The notes: generated by a model from the sequence alone, not told the origin. Shown: positions 20,338-31,589, counted from the stretch's first letter. The stretch is DNA of 64,000 nt from an uncultured Bacteroidales bacterium (GCA_903915465.1 CAIWTA010000046.1:1364-65363), one strand, 5' to 3'. A program made the numbers and translations.

Positions 20338-22410
20338 ATGGGAAAGAACAAAAAAATACAAATCCTTAACCGGGAAATCAGTTGGCTAAGTTTTAATGGC
20401 CGGGTGCTCCAGGAGGCAGCTGATTTTGATAATCCAGTTATTGAGCGACTGAAATTCCTTGGCATTTTTTCGAACAACAGGGATGAGTTTTTCCGTGTCC
20501 GGGTGGCAACATTGAGCAGGATGACAACGATGGGAAGTGTCAGGACTGATTACAAAATCAATCCGAAAAAAGTACTGAAAGAAATTAATGAGATTGTAGT
20601 ATCCCAGGAACGGGAATTTATGGCCATTTATCAGCAAATCGTGACTGAGCTGGCAGAGCAAAATATTTTTATCGTAAATGAAACTGAGCTTAACGAGGAA
20701 CAAGGCATCTTCGTTAAAAAATACTTCCATGAGAAAGTTCGTGTTTGTCTTTTCCCTATTATGATCGGGAGCCTCCAGGCTATTTCATCCTTACGGGACA
20801 AGTCGATCTATTTAGCCGTAGCGCTTGGCAAAAATGAAAAGCCTTCCAAAAAAGACATTGCATTGATCGAACTCCCGACAAAAATGGTGTCAAGATTTCT
20901 TGTTCTTCCCTCTGCCGGAGAAAAGAAATTCATCATCCTTCTGGACGATATCATCAGGTATTGCCTTTCGGAGATTTTCTCCATTTTTGGATGGAATAAT
21001 TTCAGCGCATATACCATCAAAATCACACGAGATGCGGAGATCGACCTCGATACGGATGTGTCCAAGAGTTTTGTCGAGATCATGACGCAGAGCCTGAAAC
21101 AACGTAAACGTGGAAACCCCGTCAGGTTTGTTTATGATAAAGCTATTCCGGATTCCTCCTTAAAGATTATCACAAAAAGGCTTGGAATAAGCAAAGAGGA
21201 TCCGATCCGTGGGGGTGGCCGGTACCATAATTTTAAGGACTTCATGAATTTCCCGAACCTTGGTTCAAAAATCCTTGAGTATACTCCACGCGTTCCTTTG
21301 TTGCATAAAGATCTTCCCACAAATAAAAGCATCCTGGCTTCTATCCGCCAGAAAGATGTGATGCTGCATTATCCCTACCAGTCATTTCAATACATTATCG
21401 ACCTTCTGCGCGAAGCATCTATCGATCCAATGGTGCGGTCAATCAAGATGACGATCTACCGGGCAGCAAAAAATTCAAGTGTGATCAATGCACTGATCAA
21501 TGCAGCAAGGAACGGTAAATATGTTACAGTTTTTATGGAATTACAGGCCCGCTTTGACGAAGAAGCCAACATCCTCTGGACTGAACGTCTGCAGGAAGAA
21601 GGCGTAAAAGTCATCCAGGGAATTCCCGGATTTAAAGTTCACAGCAAACTGATTTTAATCCGGAGAAAAGAAAACAATAAAAACATCTTTTATGCAAATA
21701 TCGGAACGGGGAATTATAATGAAGATACTGCCCTGGTCTATGCCGATGATAGTCTTTTGACCGCCAATCCTGACATTACTGCCGATGTCGAGAATGCCTT
21801 CCACCAAATGGAAGCCAACTATCAACCGCTAAAGTACAAGACACTTGTTGTTGCCCCTTTTCATATGCGAAACTATTTTCTTAGCCTGATTTCCAGCGAG
21901 ATTCAGAATGCAAAAAAATGGAAAGAAGCTTGGATAATAATCAAACTGAACAACTTAGTTGACGAAAAAATTGTTAACAAGCTTTATCTTGCCAGTAATG
22001 CCGGAGTAAAGATTAAACTGATTATCCGGGGGATATGTGTTCTTATTCCAGGAATCCCCGGAATGAGCGAAAACATAGAAGTCATAAGCATTGTAGACAG
22101 GTATCTTGAACATTCCAGAGTCCTCGTTTTCTGCCATGGAGGAAATCATAAATATTTCATTACTTCCGCTGATTGGATGATCCGGAATTTTGATAACCGT
22201 ATCGAGATAGCTTGTCCGATCTATGACAAATCCATTCAATATGAATTGATGAAAATGCTGGAAATACAACTGTCAGATAATACGAAAGCAAGGATCATCG
22301 CCGCTGATAAAGCAAATAACTACAAACGGACCGACGACGATCCGATTCGTTCTCAAAATGAGATTTATGATTACCTGAAAGAAATGGCCAGCAATAATTG
22401 CTTATTTTAA
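20338..22410 (+). CDS. ppk1: Polyphosphate kinase 1
   Basis: NREISWLSFNGRVLQEA, ARFDEEANI, KVHSKL, GTGNYN, RYLEHSR. Confidence 0.97.
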   Translation: MGKNKKIQILNREISWLSFNGRVLQEAADFDNPVIERLKFLGIFSNNRDEFFRVRVATLSRMTTMGSVRTDYKINPKKVLKEINEIVVSQEREFMAIYQQIVTELAEQNIFIVNETELNEEQGIFVKKYFHEKVRVCLFPIMIGSLQAISSLRDKSIYLAVALGKNEKPSKKDIALIELPTKMVSRFLVLPSAGEKKFIILLDDIIRYCLSEIFSIFGWNNFSAYTIKITRDAEIDLDTDVSKSFVEIMTQSLKQRKRGNPVRFVYDKAIPDSSLKIITKRLGISKEDPIRGGGRYHNFKDFMNFPNLGSKILEYTPRVPLLHKDLPTNKSILASIRQKDVMLHYPYQSFQYIIDLLREASIDPMVRSIKMTIYRAAKNSSVINALINAARNGKYVTVFMELQARFDEEANILWTERLQEEGVKVIQGIPGFKVHSKLILIRRKENNKNIFYANIGTGNYNEDTALVYADDSLLTANPDITADVENAFHQMEANYQPLKYKTLVVAPFHMRNYFLSLISSEIQNAKKWKEAWIIIKLNNLVDEKIVNKLYLASNAGVKIKLIIRGICVLIPGIPGMSENIEVISIVDRYLEHSRVLVFCHGGNHKYFITSADWMIRNFDNRIEIACPIYDKSIQYELMKMLEIQLSDNTKARIIAADKANNYKRTDDDPIRSQNEIYDYLKEMASNNCLF

Positions 22411-22440
22411 CGAAGACAGGCTGTGGGAAAAAACATATAG

Positions 22441-22749
22441 ATGGTTAAAAAAATATTTTCTTTCTTCATTAATAAATACTTCCTTATAACGGTTGCCTTT
22501 GTTGTCTGGTTAATCTTCTTTGACAGCAACAACATCGTAAACCGACTACGTTACAACGATAAATTAAAGGAGTTGAAACAGGAAAAGCATTTCTATCTTG
22601 ATGAAATAAGAAATGATTCTATTCTTGCCCAGAAACTTTTAACTGACAGCCTTGAGCTGGAAAAATTTGCGCGCGAAAAGTACATGATGAAGAAGGACAA
22701 GGAAGATGTGTATATCGTTATTGATTCTACTGTGGATCGACGTCAATGA
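22441..22749 (+). CDS. FtsB/DivIC septum formation initiator family protein
   Basis: NKYFL..WLIFFD TM, coiled coil, LEKFAREKYMMKK..EDVY. Confidence 0.85.
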   Translation: MVKKIFSFFINKYFLITVAFVVWLIFFDSNNIVNRLRYNDKLKELKQEKHFYLDEIRNDSILAQKLLTDSLELEKFAREKYMMKKDKEDVYIVIDSTVDRRQ

Positions 22750-25228
22750 TTAATTTAACCGAATTGTGATCCTTGTTTCTGAAGAAATCTTCTATTACTT
22801 TGACAACCCGTATTTTCATCTCCGTTTGCGATGAATTCCGCTCAATTTTGATCATGATTTGTTTCATGTAATAATTCTTGATCCTTGAAACAAGAGGATA
22901 TTCCGGGCCCAGGACGCGCTTTCCCAAAATCATTCTAAAACCTGCTGCCAGTTTTTCGGCAGCGCTGTTCAGGACTTGTGGATCCTTATGTTTGACCTTG
23001 ATCTGCACCAAGCGGTAGTAAGGCGGGTAATTAAATTTTCTCCGGTCGACAAGTTCGTGTTGATACATGGAAGTATAGTCATGATTGACAACATCAAGGA
23101 TGATCGGGTGTTTGGGGTTTCTGGTCTGGATGATCACTTTCCCCCGGTTATGTTTTCTTCCGGCTCGACCGCTAACCTGCGACATCAGTTGAAAACTGCG
23201 TTCAGCGGCCCTGAAATCAGGAAATGAAAGCATATTGTCGGCATTCAGAATGCTGACAGTACTTACATTTTCAAAGTCCAGCCCTTTGGTAACCATCTGC
23301 GTACCGACAAGGATATCGATTTTCTTTTGTTCAAAGTCGTGGAGGAGTTTCAGATGAGCTTGTTTGCTGTGCATGGTATCCAGGTCCATCCGCATAATCT
23401 TTGCCTCTGGCAGCAATGTTTTCAGTTCTTCTTCTACTTTTTCAGTTCCGAAGCCTTTCATCCGGATGTCGGTATTTTTACAGACCGGGCATTTATCGGG
23501 GATTCTGGAATTATATCCACAATAATGGCACCGGAGCTGATCGCTGGCTTTGTGGTAAACCAGGGTCACATCACAGTTTTTGCAAGAGGGCATCCAGGAG
23601 CAGGATTCACATTCGAGACGCAATGAAAAACCTCTGCGGTTTTGGAACAGGATCGCCTGCTGATGCGATTCCATTGCATCTTCAAGTTGTTTCATCAATA
23701 CGGAAGAAAAATGAGATTTCATCTTCTTCCACCGCATCTCATCCCGGATATCGACTACTTTAATTTCCGGCATCTCCATGTTTCCGTATCGTTCCTTCAT
23801 TTCAACCAAGGCATATTTTCCTTCCTGGCAATTGAAGTAACTTTCGATGGAAGGCGTGGCTGATCCGAGAATCGCTTTTGCCTTGTGCAGGTGCGCCAGG
23901 TATAACGCGGCATCTCTTGCATTATAACGGGGAGAAGGATCATATTGCTTGAATGACGGATCATGTTCTTCGTCAATAATTATCAGACCTAATTTTGAAA
24001 ATGGAAGGAAGAGGGCTGAACGCGCACCCAGGATAATATCATAATTGCTTTTTTCATGGGTGGACTTTTTTCCTGCAGATAATACCTTATTCCAGATTTC
24101 AAACCTTTCATTTTCATTGAACCTGGAGTGATAAACACCGATTCTTTCCCCGAAATATTTTTTCAGGCGAATGATGATGTGCGAAGTCAGGGCAATTTCA
24201 GGAAGCAGGTAAAGAACCTGTTCGCCACGGTCCAATGCTTCCTGAATACATTTGATATAGATTTCTGTTTTCCCGCTGGAAGTTACACCGTGCAGTAAAA
24301 CCACTTCCTTAGATAAAAATGATTGCCGTATTTTCTCCAAAGCGCTCTTCTGCAGCTCATTTAAAATAATTGAATCCACACTACAATCTGCTACTCCGAA
24401 ATTGATCCGGCTGATCACTTTTTCATGGATTTCAAGCACCTTCTTTTTGACAAGGCCATCGAGCACAGTTCCGGTGGTGTGGGCGCTCTGAAGAAGATCT
24501 GCCCGGGTAACTTCTTCTATCTTTCCGGATCCATATTTTGACAACACCAGAAACGACATCAGTAAATCGAGTTGTTTCCTGGCTTTTTTTTCAAGTTCCA
24601 GGAATAGCGGTTCAAATTTCTTTTCATCCTCCAGATATGCAACATTCAGAAAAACATAATTTTCCATTTTCGGCTTGTACCGGTCAGAAAGTTGCTCCTC
24701 CATCAATACAATTCCTTTCTCCAATAGGGTGTTGATGACAGGGATAACTTTCTGTTGATTCAGGATTTTATTGACTTCTGAAATTTCGATGGATTTCCTG
24801 TTGTGGAGTGCTTCAACCAATAATTGTTCCTTTTCATTCAATACGGAGAAATCTACTTCCACCGAAGGATGAAGCATAATCCTTGATTCGCTGGCCAATT
24901 TAAAAGCTGAAGGAAGCGCTGCATTCATCACTTCGCCCTCATGGCACAGGTAATAGGATGCAATCCATTGCCAGAACTTTAACTGAACAGGAACGACAAT
25001 TGGATTTGGGTCAAGCGCAGAAAGAATATCCTTTGGCTCATAACCTTTCGGAGCACAATCGTTCAAATCCACCACCAGGGCGGTATACAACTTTCTTTTC
25101 CCGAACTGGACAACAACTCTTCCTCCAGGAATAACATTCTGGACTAAATCTTCCGGAATACGGTAAGTAAAAGTTCCGCTAACCGGCAACGGGAGCAAGA
25201 GTTCGGCAAAATTACGGGCAGTTTCCAA
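22727..25228 (-). CDS. priA: Primosomal protein N'
   Basis: HGVTSSGKTE, DEEH, four CxxC zinc motifs, QVSGRAGR, IDVDP end. Confidence 0.97.
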   Translation of the reverse strand: METARNFAELLLPLPVSGTFTYRIPEDLVQNVIPGGRVVVQFGKRKLYTALVVDLNDCAPKGYEPKDILSALDPNPIVVPVQLKFWQWIASYYLCHEGEVMNAALPSAFKLASESRIMLHPSVEVDFSVLNEKEQLLVEALHNRKSIEISEVNKILNQQKVIPVINTLLEKGIVLMEEQLSDRYKPKMENYVFLNVAYLEDEKKFEPLFLELEKKARKQLDLLMSFLVLSKYGSGKIEEVTRADLLQSAHTTGTVLDGLVKKKVLEIHEKVISRINFGVADCSVDSIILNELQKSALEKIRQSFLSKEVVLLHGVTSSGKTEIYIKCIQEALDRGEQVLYLLPEIALTSHIIIRLKKYFGERIGVYHSRFNENERFEIWNKVLSAGKKSTHEKSNYDIILGARSALFLPFSKLGLIIIDEEHDPSFKQYDPSPRYNARDAALYLAHLHKAKAILGSATPSIESYFNCQEGKYALVEMKERYGNMEMPEIKVVDIRDEMRWKKMKSHFSSVLMKQLEDAMESHQQAILFQNRRGFSLRLECESCSWMPSCKNCDVTLVYHKASDQLRCHYCGYNSRIPDKCPVCKNTDIRMKGFGTEKVEEELKTLLPEAKIMRMDLDTMHSKQAHLKLLHDFEQKKIDILVGTQMVTKGLDFENVSTVSILNADNMLSFPDFRAAERSFQLMSQVSGRAGRKHNRGKVIIQTRNPKHPIILDVVNHDYTSMYQHELVDRRKFNYPPYYRLVQIKVKHKDPQVLNSAAEKLAAGFRMILGKRVLGPEYPLVSRIKNYYMKQIMIKIERNSSQTEMKIRVVKVIEDFFRNKDHNSVKLIIDVDPQ

Positions 25229-25247
25229 GGAGATTGTAAGAAAACGA

Positions 25248-26228
25248 TTATAATGCTAAGATCCGCGACATCTCAAGTAATTGCCGGTTGATGTCTTTAT
25301 GATGTTTAATGGCTTTTTCGAACGGAGTGAAGACCATTTCCTTGTCCATAATTCCGGCCATAACACTTCGCTGGCCATTGAGTAATCCTTTCACTGCGGC
25401 ATAACCTAAAGTACTTGCCAATACCCTGTCGTACGCACTTGGTGAACCGCCACGCTGGATATGTCCGAGTATCGTAACACGCGTATCCAGTTCAGGAACT
25501 CTTTCTTTCATTTTTGCGGCGATTTCATAGGCTCCTCCGGCATCATCCCCTTCAGCCACGATAACAATACCTGAAGTTTTACTTTTCCTCCAGTCATGCT
25601 TGAGCAACCGGGCAAGGTTGTCGATATATGTTGTGGTTTCGGGTACCAGGATGAATTCAGCGCCGCAGGCAATACCACTTCGTAAGGCAATGAATCCGGC
25701 ATCACGCCCCATCACTTCGATAAAAAAAAGGCGGTCGTGTGAGGTAGCTGTGTCACGGATTTTATCAGCCGCTTCTACAACGGTGTTGACAGCAGTGTCG
25801 TACCCGATTGTTGCATCCGTTCCAAACAGATCATTATCAATTGTTCCAGGCAATCCGATGATCGGGAAATCAAATTCCTTATCAAATTCACATGCACCGG
25901 TAAATGTGCCATTTCCGCCAATTGCAACGATGGCATCGATCTTATGATTTTGAAGATTCTGGTAAGCCAGCAGCCTTCCTTCTTTTTCCATAAACCTTTT
26001 GCTGCGTGCGGTCTTCAGGATTGTTCCTCCGCGCTGAATGATGTTGGAAACAGAGTTGCTGTACATCTGCTCGATCTGTCCATCGATCATCCCCTCATAC
26101 CCCCTGTAGATACCGAACACTTCAAGGTTTTCGAAAATCGCAGTACGCACGACTGCACGGATGGCGGCATTCATCCCCGGTGAATCACCGCCTGATGTAA
26201 AGACACCGATTCTGCTAATTCTAGACAT
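25248..26228 (-). CDS. pfkA: ATP-dependent 6-phosphofructokinase
   Basis: TSGGDSPGMNA, PGTIDND, EVMGR, LGHIQRGG. Confidence 0.97.
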   Translation of the reverse strand: MSRISRIGVFTSGGDSPGMNAAIRAVVRTAIFENLEVFGIYRGYEGMIDGQIEQMYSNSVSNIIQRGGTILKTARSKRFMEKEGRLLAYQNLQNHKIDAIVAIGGNGTFTGACEFDKEFDFPIIGLPGTIDNDLFGTDATIGYDTAVNTVVEAADKIRDTATSHDRLFFIEVMGRDAGFIALRSGIACGAEFILVPETTTYIDNLARLLKHDWRKSKTSGIVIVAEGDDAGGAYEIAAKMKERVPELDTRVTILGHIQRGGSPSAYDRVLASTLGYAAVKGLLNGQRSVMAGIMDKEMVFTPFEKAIKHHKDINRQLLEMSRILAL

Positions 26229-26300
26229 AACTTTTCTTTATTTTAAATTTTTTTACCACTGAGGCACTAAGATCACTCAGAATCTCTAAGAAGACTAGTG

Positions 26301-26364
26301 ATCAACTCATCAACTCATCAACTCATCACCCCATCAGCTCATCACCTCATCAACTCGTCAATAC
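26301..26364 (+). repeat. Octamer tandem array (ATCAACTC consensus), 7 units plus a degenerate eighth
   Basis: Read directly; same unit at 33312-33355 and 38034-38065. Confidence 0.9.
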
Positions 26365-27491
26365 ATCTCAAACTTCACAAACCTGCATTCCAGTGGTCCG
26401 TTGTAAAGAATGATCTTTTTCGACGGATGAAGACCGATAAACTTTAAGGCTTTCAGGTCCGATGAGATGAACCATGCCTGGTAACCTTTATATTTTTTCT
26501 TCAGCACATCTCCGATGGTCTTGTAAAAGCCAATGATGTCGTCCAGCTGCAAACGCTCATCATACGGTGGGTTACAAACAATAGTTCCTGGCGCTACCGG
26601 AGCGTCCGCATCTTCGAAGGATGTTTTCTTTATCGTAATATCATCCAGCAGATTTGCAAAACTCAGGTTCTCCTTTGCATTTTCGATTACCCGGGAGGAG
26701 ATATCAGAACCGATGATTGGAACCGAATTGCGGATGATCCCGGAATCGGCCTGATCCTTTACGGAAGACCACAGATCTGCATCATAATCCACCCATTTCA
26801 TAAATCCAAAATCATCCCTGAAGTATCCTGCAGGAATAGCTTTTGCAGCCATGGCAGCCTCTATTAAAATCGTTCCCGAGCCACACATCGGATCGTAAAA
26901 CAATGATTTTTTATCCCAACCTGAAAGAATAACCAACCCGGCGGCTAGCACTTCGCTAAGAGGGGCAATCCCTTGATTTTTCCGGTATCCTCTTTTATGC
27001 AAAGAAGGACCAGAGCTGTCAAGCGAAACCGTACAAGATTCTTTGTATATATGAACATTGATTCGGAGATCAGGATTGTCGAGGCTCACGGATGGCCGGG
27101 AGCCGGTCTTTTCCCTGAAACGATCCACGATTGCATCTTTGGTCTTCAGCGAAATGTACTGCGTATTAGTAAAAACAGAAGTGCTGTTCACTGCATCCAC
27201 TGCCAATGTTTTGCCTGCATCCAGATAATTTTCCCAGGGAAAATCGAGCATATTCTGGTAAAGATCTTCCTGCTTAACAAGTGAGAATGTCAATACCGGT
27301 CTTAAAATCCTTAACGCTGTCCTGCAGGAATAGTTTGCCCGGTACAGCAGCTTCTTATCACCCAGGAAGGTGACGGCCCGCTTTAGAACCTGAGTATTCT
27401 GAGCACCAAGTTCATCGAGTTCGGATTTCAGGGTTTCTTCAAGCCCGGCAACGGTTTTAGCGGTATATGTGTTCAATTCTTTCGGATTCAC
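26358..27491 (-). CDS. THUMP-domain RNA methyltransferase (RlmL/YpsC-like)
   Basis: AKT..GLEE, LDSSG.SLHKRGYR, DPMCGSGT, NPPY. Confidence 0.92.
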   Translation of the reverse strand: MNPKELNTYTAKTVAGLEETLKSELDELGAQNTQVLKRAVTFLGDKKLLYRANYSCRTALRILRPVLTFSLVKQEDLYQNMLDFPWENYLDAGKTLAVDAVNSTSVFTNTQYISLKTKDAIVDRFREKTGSRPSVSLDNPDLRINVHIYKESCTVSLDSSGPSLHKRGYRKNQGIAPLSEVLAAGLVILSGWDKKSLFYDPMCGSGTILIEAAMAAKAIPAGYFRDDFGFMKWVDYDADLWSSVKDQADSGIIRNSVPIIGSDISSRVIENAKENLSFANLLDDITIKKTSFEDADAPVAPGTIVCNPPYDERLQLDDIIGFYKTIGDVLKKKYKGYQAWFISSDLKALKFIGLHPSKKIILYNGPLECRFVKFEMY

Positions 27492-27559
27492 AAGCCTGAA
27501 TTTACGATTCGAAAATTACAAATTTTTTTTGAAGAGAATTGAATAATAAAAATCATTCC

Positions 27560-27567
27560 TATCTTTG
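27560..27567 (+). promoter_or_regulatory. Bacteroidota sigma-70 -7 element (TATCTTTG)
   Basis: TAnnTTTG upstream of the 27620 gene. Confidence 0.55.
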
Positions 27568-27619
27568 AATTGTACTAAAATACCTGATTCTGCTTTCCAA
27601 AATCTTCAACTTCATCCGT

Positions 27620-30124
27620 ATGCATTTTAAATTCTTTGGTTTTATTCTGATTCTGTTGATGGCTGCAGGGCCTAGTGGCTTCAGCCAGGAATATTACAAT
27701 ATCTCCGGGAAGGTTATGGACTCAAAAACGCAGGAACCCTTAGCGTTTGTAAATATAGTTATCAACAACAGTATGAATGGAGGAACTACTGACATTGATG
27801 GGAAATTTAAGCTCCAGTCTCCCGATAAAATCCTCTTCCTCCATCTTTCCTATGTTGGATTTAAACCACTGACTTATACTGTCGGACTCAAAACTGAAAA
27901 TCTTCAGATCCAGATGATCAGGACGGAAATCGAGCTCAAGGAAGTAGAGATCCTCCCCGGTATTAATCCGGCACACCGGATCATCAGAAATGCAATTGAA
28001 AACCGCGAAAACAACGACCCGGAAAAGTTGAGGTCCTTTTCGTATACTTCTTATGAAAAAGTAGTTTTCACGGTAGATTCTGCTTCAGCAGATGGCGGTG
28101 TTCAAAAAGATTCTACCAAAAAAGAGAAAAGAGTTGTTATTTATTCGAGCGAAAAAGGAGTTCCTGATTCTGTCAGAAAATCCATGGTGGATTCAAGTGA
28201 GATGTTTCTCGCCAAATTTTTAAGTCAGCAGTACCTGTTCCTGATGGAGAATGTGACCAAAAGGAAATTTCTGGCTCCTGAGAGGAACTATAATCAGGTG
28301 ATTGCAACCCGGATGTCGGGATTTAAAGATCCGATTTTTGTTTTTCTGACAACCCAGATTCAATCATTTTCTTTTTACAAACCTTTTATTTCAATCTTTC
28401 AGAGTACATATATCAACCCAATCAGCAGCGGAAGTCTCAATAAGTACTTTTTTAAACTTGAGGATACGATTTATTCCGGGAAAGACACGGTTTTTATCAT
28501 CTCTTTCCGGCCACACAGAGGAACAAACTTCGATGGATTAAAGGGTGTGATTTCCATCAGCACGCATGGATGGGCGATCCAGAATGTGATTGCTGAGCCT
28601 TACAACAAAAGCCAGGCCATTCAAATCAAGATCCAGCAGATGTACAAATTGTTTGAAGGAGAACACTGGTTTCCTATCCAGCTGAATTCTGATGTAACAT
28701 TACAGATGCTGTCAATTGGTCAGCATCAAGTGATCGCCAAAGGAAGGAGTTATATCCGGGATATTGTTCTCAATCCGGAGCTGGTCCGAAAAGAATTCAA
28801 CCACCTTGATGTGGAAGTCGATAAGGCCGCAACTGAGCGTGATGAAGGATTCTGGAACGAATACCGGACTGACAGCCTGACGGTAAAAGACAGAAAAACT
28901 TATCAGGTCATTGACAGTCTTGGAAAAGAGGCCAACCTCGACAAAAAGGCCAAATCTTTGCAGACATTGCTCTCTGGTCGGATTCCATGGAAGATCATTG
29001 ATTTTGATATCAACCGGATACTGGGTTACAACACCTACGAGGGTTTGATCCTGGGATTGGGCATTCATACAAATGACCGGCTTTCCGAATGGTTTAAAAT
29101 CGGTGGATTTTACCAGTATTCCTTTGCGATCTCGACATCCAAATATGGTGGTGATGTAAGATTTTTACTCAACCGCCGTAACGATGTCACAATCAGGGGT
29201 GGGTATTCTTACGACCTGATCGAATCCGGCGGAGTCAGATTTTTTGATGACTACGAATCCATCCTGGGGGGAAATTTCAGGCCTCTTTTTCTCAAAAAGC
29301 TTGACCGCACTGAGAATGAGAACATCTCACTTACTTTCCGTGCACGAAAATACTGGTTGTTTAATGTCGGGATCTCAAGATCATTTAAACGTACAACCAC
29401 CGACGATCTTGTCCTGAACGTGGGGAATGTCACAGTTCTTGAAAATGAATTTCACTTTACAGAGCTGACGGCAGCGCTAAAGTGGGCCTATGGCGAAAAA
29501 TTCATTCAGACAATCCATAATAAAATCTCGCTGGGAACAAAGTATCCTGTGGTCTGGCTGCAATATACCAGGGGAATTAAAGATTTCCTGGACGGACAAT
29601 TCGATTACAACCGTGTGGACATGAAGATCCGAAAGACTTTTAAAATAAAATTTCTTGGCAAACTTACTGTCCAGGTAGCCGGAGGTTATATTGATCAGGC
29701 GATTCCTGCCTGCAACCTTTATTACGCGCCGGCAAGTTTCAGGACTTTTACGCTTTATTCTCCTTATAGTTTTACAACGATGAGGATGAATGAGTTTCTC
29801 TCAAACAAGTATGCTTCACTCTTTATTTATCACGATTTCGGATACTTGCTATACAAAGGGAGAAAATGGTTCCATCCGGAATTTGCCCTGGCGCAGAGCG
29901 TAGGGTTCAGCTGGCTCGATCATCCTGAGAATTATATCAATGCACAGGGATCTCAACGATCCATGGATCTGGGATACTATGAATCCGGAATTCTGATCAA
30001 TAACCTGATCAACCTGAGAGTTTACAAGGTCGGTGCAGGCGCCTTCTATCGTTGGGGACCTTATTCATTCGAATGGGCTGGCAACAACTTCTCTTATATG
30101 TTAAGTATCGTCTTCCCGTTCTGA
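27620..30124 (+). CDS. Outer-membrane protein with carboxypeptidase-like regulatory domain (DUF5686-type)
   Basis: Signal peptide, ISGKV.D.KT.EPLAFVNI...GTTDIDGKF, YN..EG barrel start, C-terminal Phe. Confidence 0.8.
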   Translation: MHFKFFGFILILLMAAGPSGFSQEYYNISGKVMDSKTQEPLAFVNIVINNSMNGGTTDIDGKFKLQSPDKILFLHLSYVGFKPLTYTVGLKTENLQIQMIRTEIELKEVEILPGINPAHRIIRNAIENRENNDPEKLRSFSYTSYEKVVFTVDSASADGGVQKDSTKKEKRVVIYSSEKGVPDSVRKSMVDSSEMFLAKFLSQQYLFLMENVTKRKFLAPERNYNQVIATRMSGFKDPIFVFLTTQIQSFSFYKPFISIFQSTYINPISSGSLNKYFFKLEDTIYSGKDTVFIISFRPHRGTNFDGLKGVISISTHGWAIQNVIAEPYNKSQAIQIKIQQMYKLFEGEHWFPIQLNSDVTLQMLSIGQHQVIAKGRSYIRDIVLNPELVRKEFNHLDVEVDKAATERDEGFWNEYRTDSLTVKDRKTYQVIDSLGKEANLDKKAKSLQTLLSGRIPWKIIDFDINRILGYNTYEGLILGLGIHTNDRLSEWFKIGGFYQYSFAISTSKYGGDVRFLLNRRNDVTIRGGYSYDLIESGGVRFFDDYESILGGNFRPLFLKKLDRTENENISLTFRARKYWLFNVGISRSFKRTTTDDLVLNVGNVTVLENEFHFTELTAALKWAYGEKFIQTIHNKISLGTKYPVVWLQYTRGIKDFLDGQFDYNRVDMKIRKTFKIKFLGKLTVQVAGGYIDQAIPACNLYYAPASFRTFTLYSPYSFTTMRMNEFLSNKYASLFIYHDFGYLLYKGRKWFHPEFALAQSVGFSWLDHPENYINAQGSQRSMDLGYYESGILINNLINLRVYKVGAGAFYRWGPYSFEWAGNNFSYMLSIVFPF

Positions 30125-30185
30125 TCTCAAAATCTATTGACAGTTGCATTATTTTCAACTACGTTTGTATTAAAAAAGAAAGCTT

Positions 30186-31295
30186 ATGAGCGAGCTCTAT
30201 GCAAAGAACAAATTGTTCTTCCTGATCCTTATCTTGGGAGTAACCGGATTTTTAGCCTGGTATTTTCTTGAAATCATCATTTGCATCCTTGTAGCTGGAG
30301 TCATTTCTATTATCGGATATCCATTGGTTGAATTTTTCGACAAGGTTAAAATAGGGAAAGTCAGATCTCCACACGCTCTGAGTTCAATCCTAACCCTTTT
30401 GATTATCATCATTTTCTTTTGTGCACTCTTAAGTTTTTTCGTTCCGCTAATCATTCGTGAAGCCTCGATCATCTCTGCCATCGATGGAAAAAAATTGGTG
30501 GAATTCTATGCCAAAGAGATCCATTGGCTGGAATATAACATGACTCAATTGGGGATCATTAAAAAAGGAGCAACGATCGAAACAATTCTCAAGGTGAATA
30601 TCTCAAAGGTCCTTGATCTGGGAATTTTTACAAACATCATTTCCCGCATACTTTCTTTCACCGGAACTTTTTTCTTTAATGCTTTCACCATCCTGTTCCT
30701 GTCGTTTTTCTTTCTTTTCGACAATAAAATGCTGCCCCGGTTCATCCTGTTGCTGATCCCTGAAAAGTATGCCGAACAAACACGTAATGTAATGTCAAAA
30801 AGCAAGAAACTTCTTTCACGCTATTTCCTCGGGCTTATTCTCAATGTCCTGGTGATGATGATCTCATACACAATTGCGCTGAGTATTGTTGGTGCAAAAG
30901 GAGCAATCGTCATCGCGTTTTTTGCCGGAATTGTCAATATCATTCCATACATTGGTCCGATTATCGGTGTGATCATGGGAATATTACTCGGGGTGACAGG
31001 CATGGTCAGTGAAGGATTGTATGGCGGGATCTGGTCAATGGCTTTGAATATTGGCATTGCAATGACAACAGTCATCCTCCTTGATAACTTCATTTACGGT
31101 CCTTTGATACAGGGCAGAAGCGTGAAAGTCCATCCGGTTGAAATTTTCCTTGTGATTATTGCAGCAGGCAGCGTTGGCGGGATTCCGACGATGATCATTG
31201 CCGTCCCTTCTTATGCTTTCCTTCGAATCGTTGCCGGCGAATTCCTCAGTCAATTCCGGCTGGTTCAGTCGTGGACGAAAAAGGGTGAGGAATAA
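30186..31295 (+). CDS. AI-2E family transporter
   Basis: NIIPYIGP, VHPVEI, multiple TM segments. Confidence 0.9.
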   Translation: MSELYAKNKLFFLILILGVTGFLAWYFLEIIICILVAGVISIIGYPLVEFFDKVKIGKVRSPHALSSILTLLIIIIFFCALLSFFVPLIIREASIISAIDGKKLVEFYAKEIHWLEYNMTQLGIIKKGATIETILKVNISKVLDLGIFTNIISRILSFTGTFFFNAFTILFLSFFFLFDNKMLPRFILLLIPEKYAEQTRNVMSKSKKLLSRYFLGLILNVLVMMISYTIALSIVGAKGAIVIAFFAGIVNIIPYIGPIIGVIMGILLGVTGMVSEGLYGGIWSMALNIGIAMTTVILLDNFIYGPLIQGRSVKVHPVEIFLVIIAAGSVGGIPTMIIAVPSYAFLRIVAGEFLSQFRLVQSWTKKGEE

Positions 31296-31340
31296 TAATC
31301 AAAAATGATCGTTAACTTCGTACTATGTAAATCTAAGTTT

Positions 31341-31580
31341 ATGGCAAATAAAAGTTCCAAACTATTATTGGCCGGAGTGGCCGGCATTGTTGCCGGAGTG
31401 GCACTCGGGATATTGTTCGCCCCGGCCCGGGGTTCCAAAACCAGAAAACGCCTGAAGAAAGGGATCGAGGAAATGTCTGGAATGGAAGGAAAGGATTTTT
31501 CTGAAAAACTCAAATCTTTTACATCCATCTTTTCATCAAAGAAAGAGGATAAAGAAGACGAGGAATCTTCAACTTTATAA
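31341..31580 (+). CDS. YtxH domain-containing protein
   Basis: GVALGILFAPARGSKTRKRL motif; start chosen at MANK. Confidence 0.88.
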   Translation: MANKSSKLLLAGVAGIVAGVALGILFAPARGSKTRKRLKKGIEEMSGMEGKDFSEKLKSFTSIFSSKKEDKEDEESSTL

Positions 31581-31589
31581 TTTCGACCT

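Noticed and set aside
1857-22410. Phosphate regulon theme (pstSCAB without phoU, ppk1 without ppx)
   Set aside because: The missing genes may lie elsewhere in the genome; no Pho box could be supported.
22727-22749. 23-bp convergent overlap of ftsB-like gene and priA
   Set aside because: Short 3' overlaps are ordinary.
26253-26300. Degenerate CACTRAG-type repeats upstream of pfkA
   Set aside because: Too short and degenerate, with no second copy in the window.
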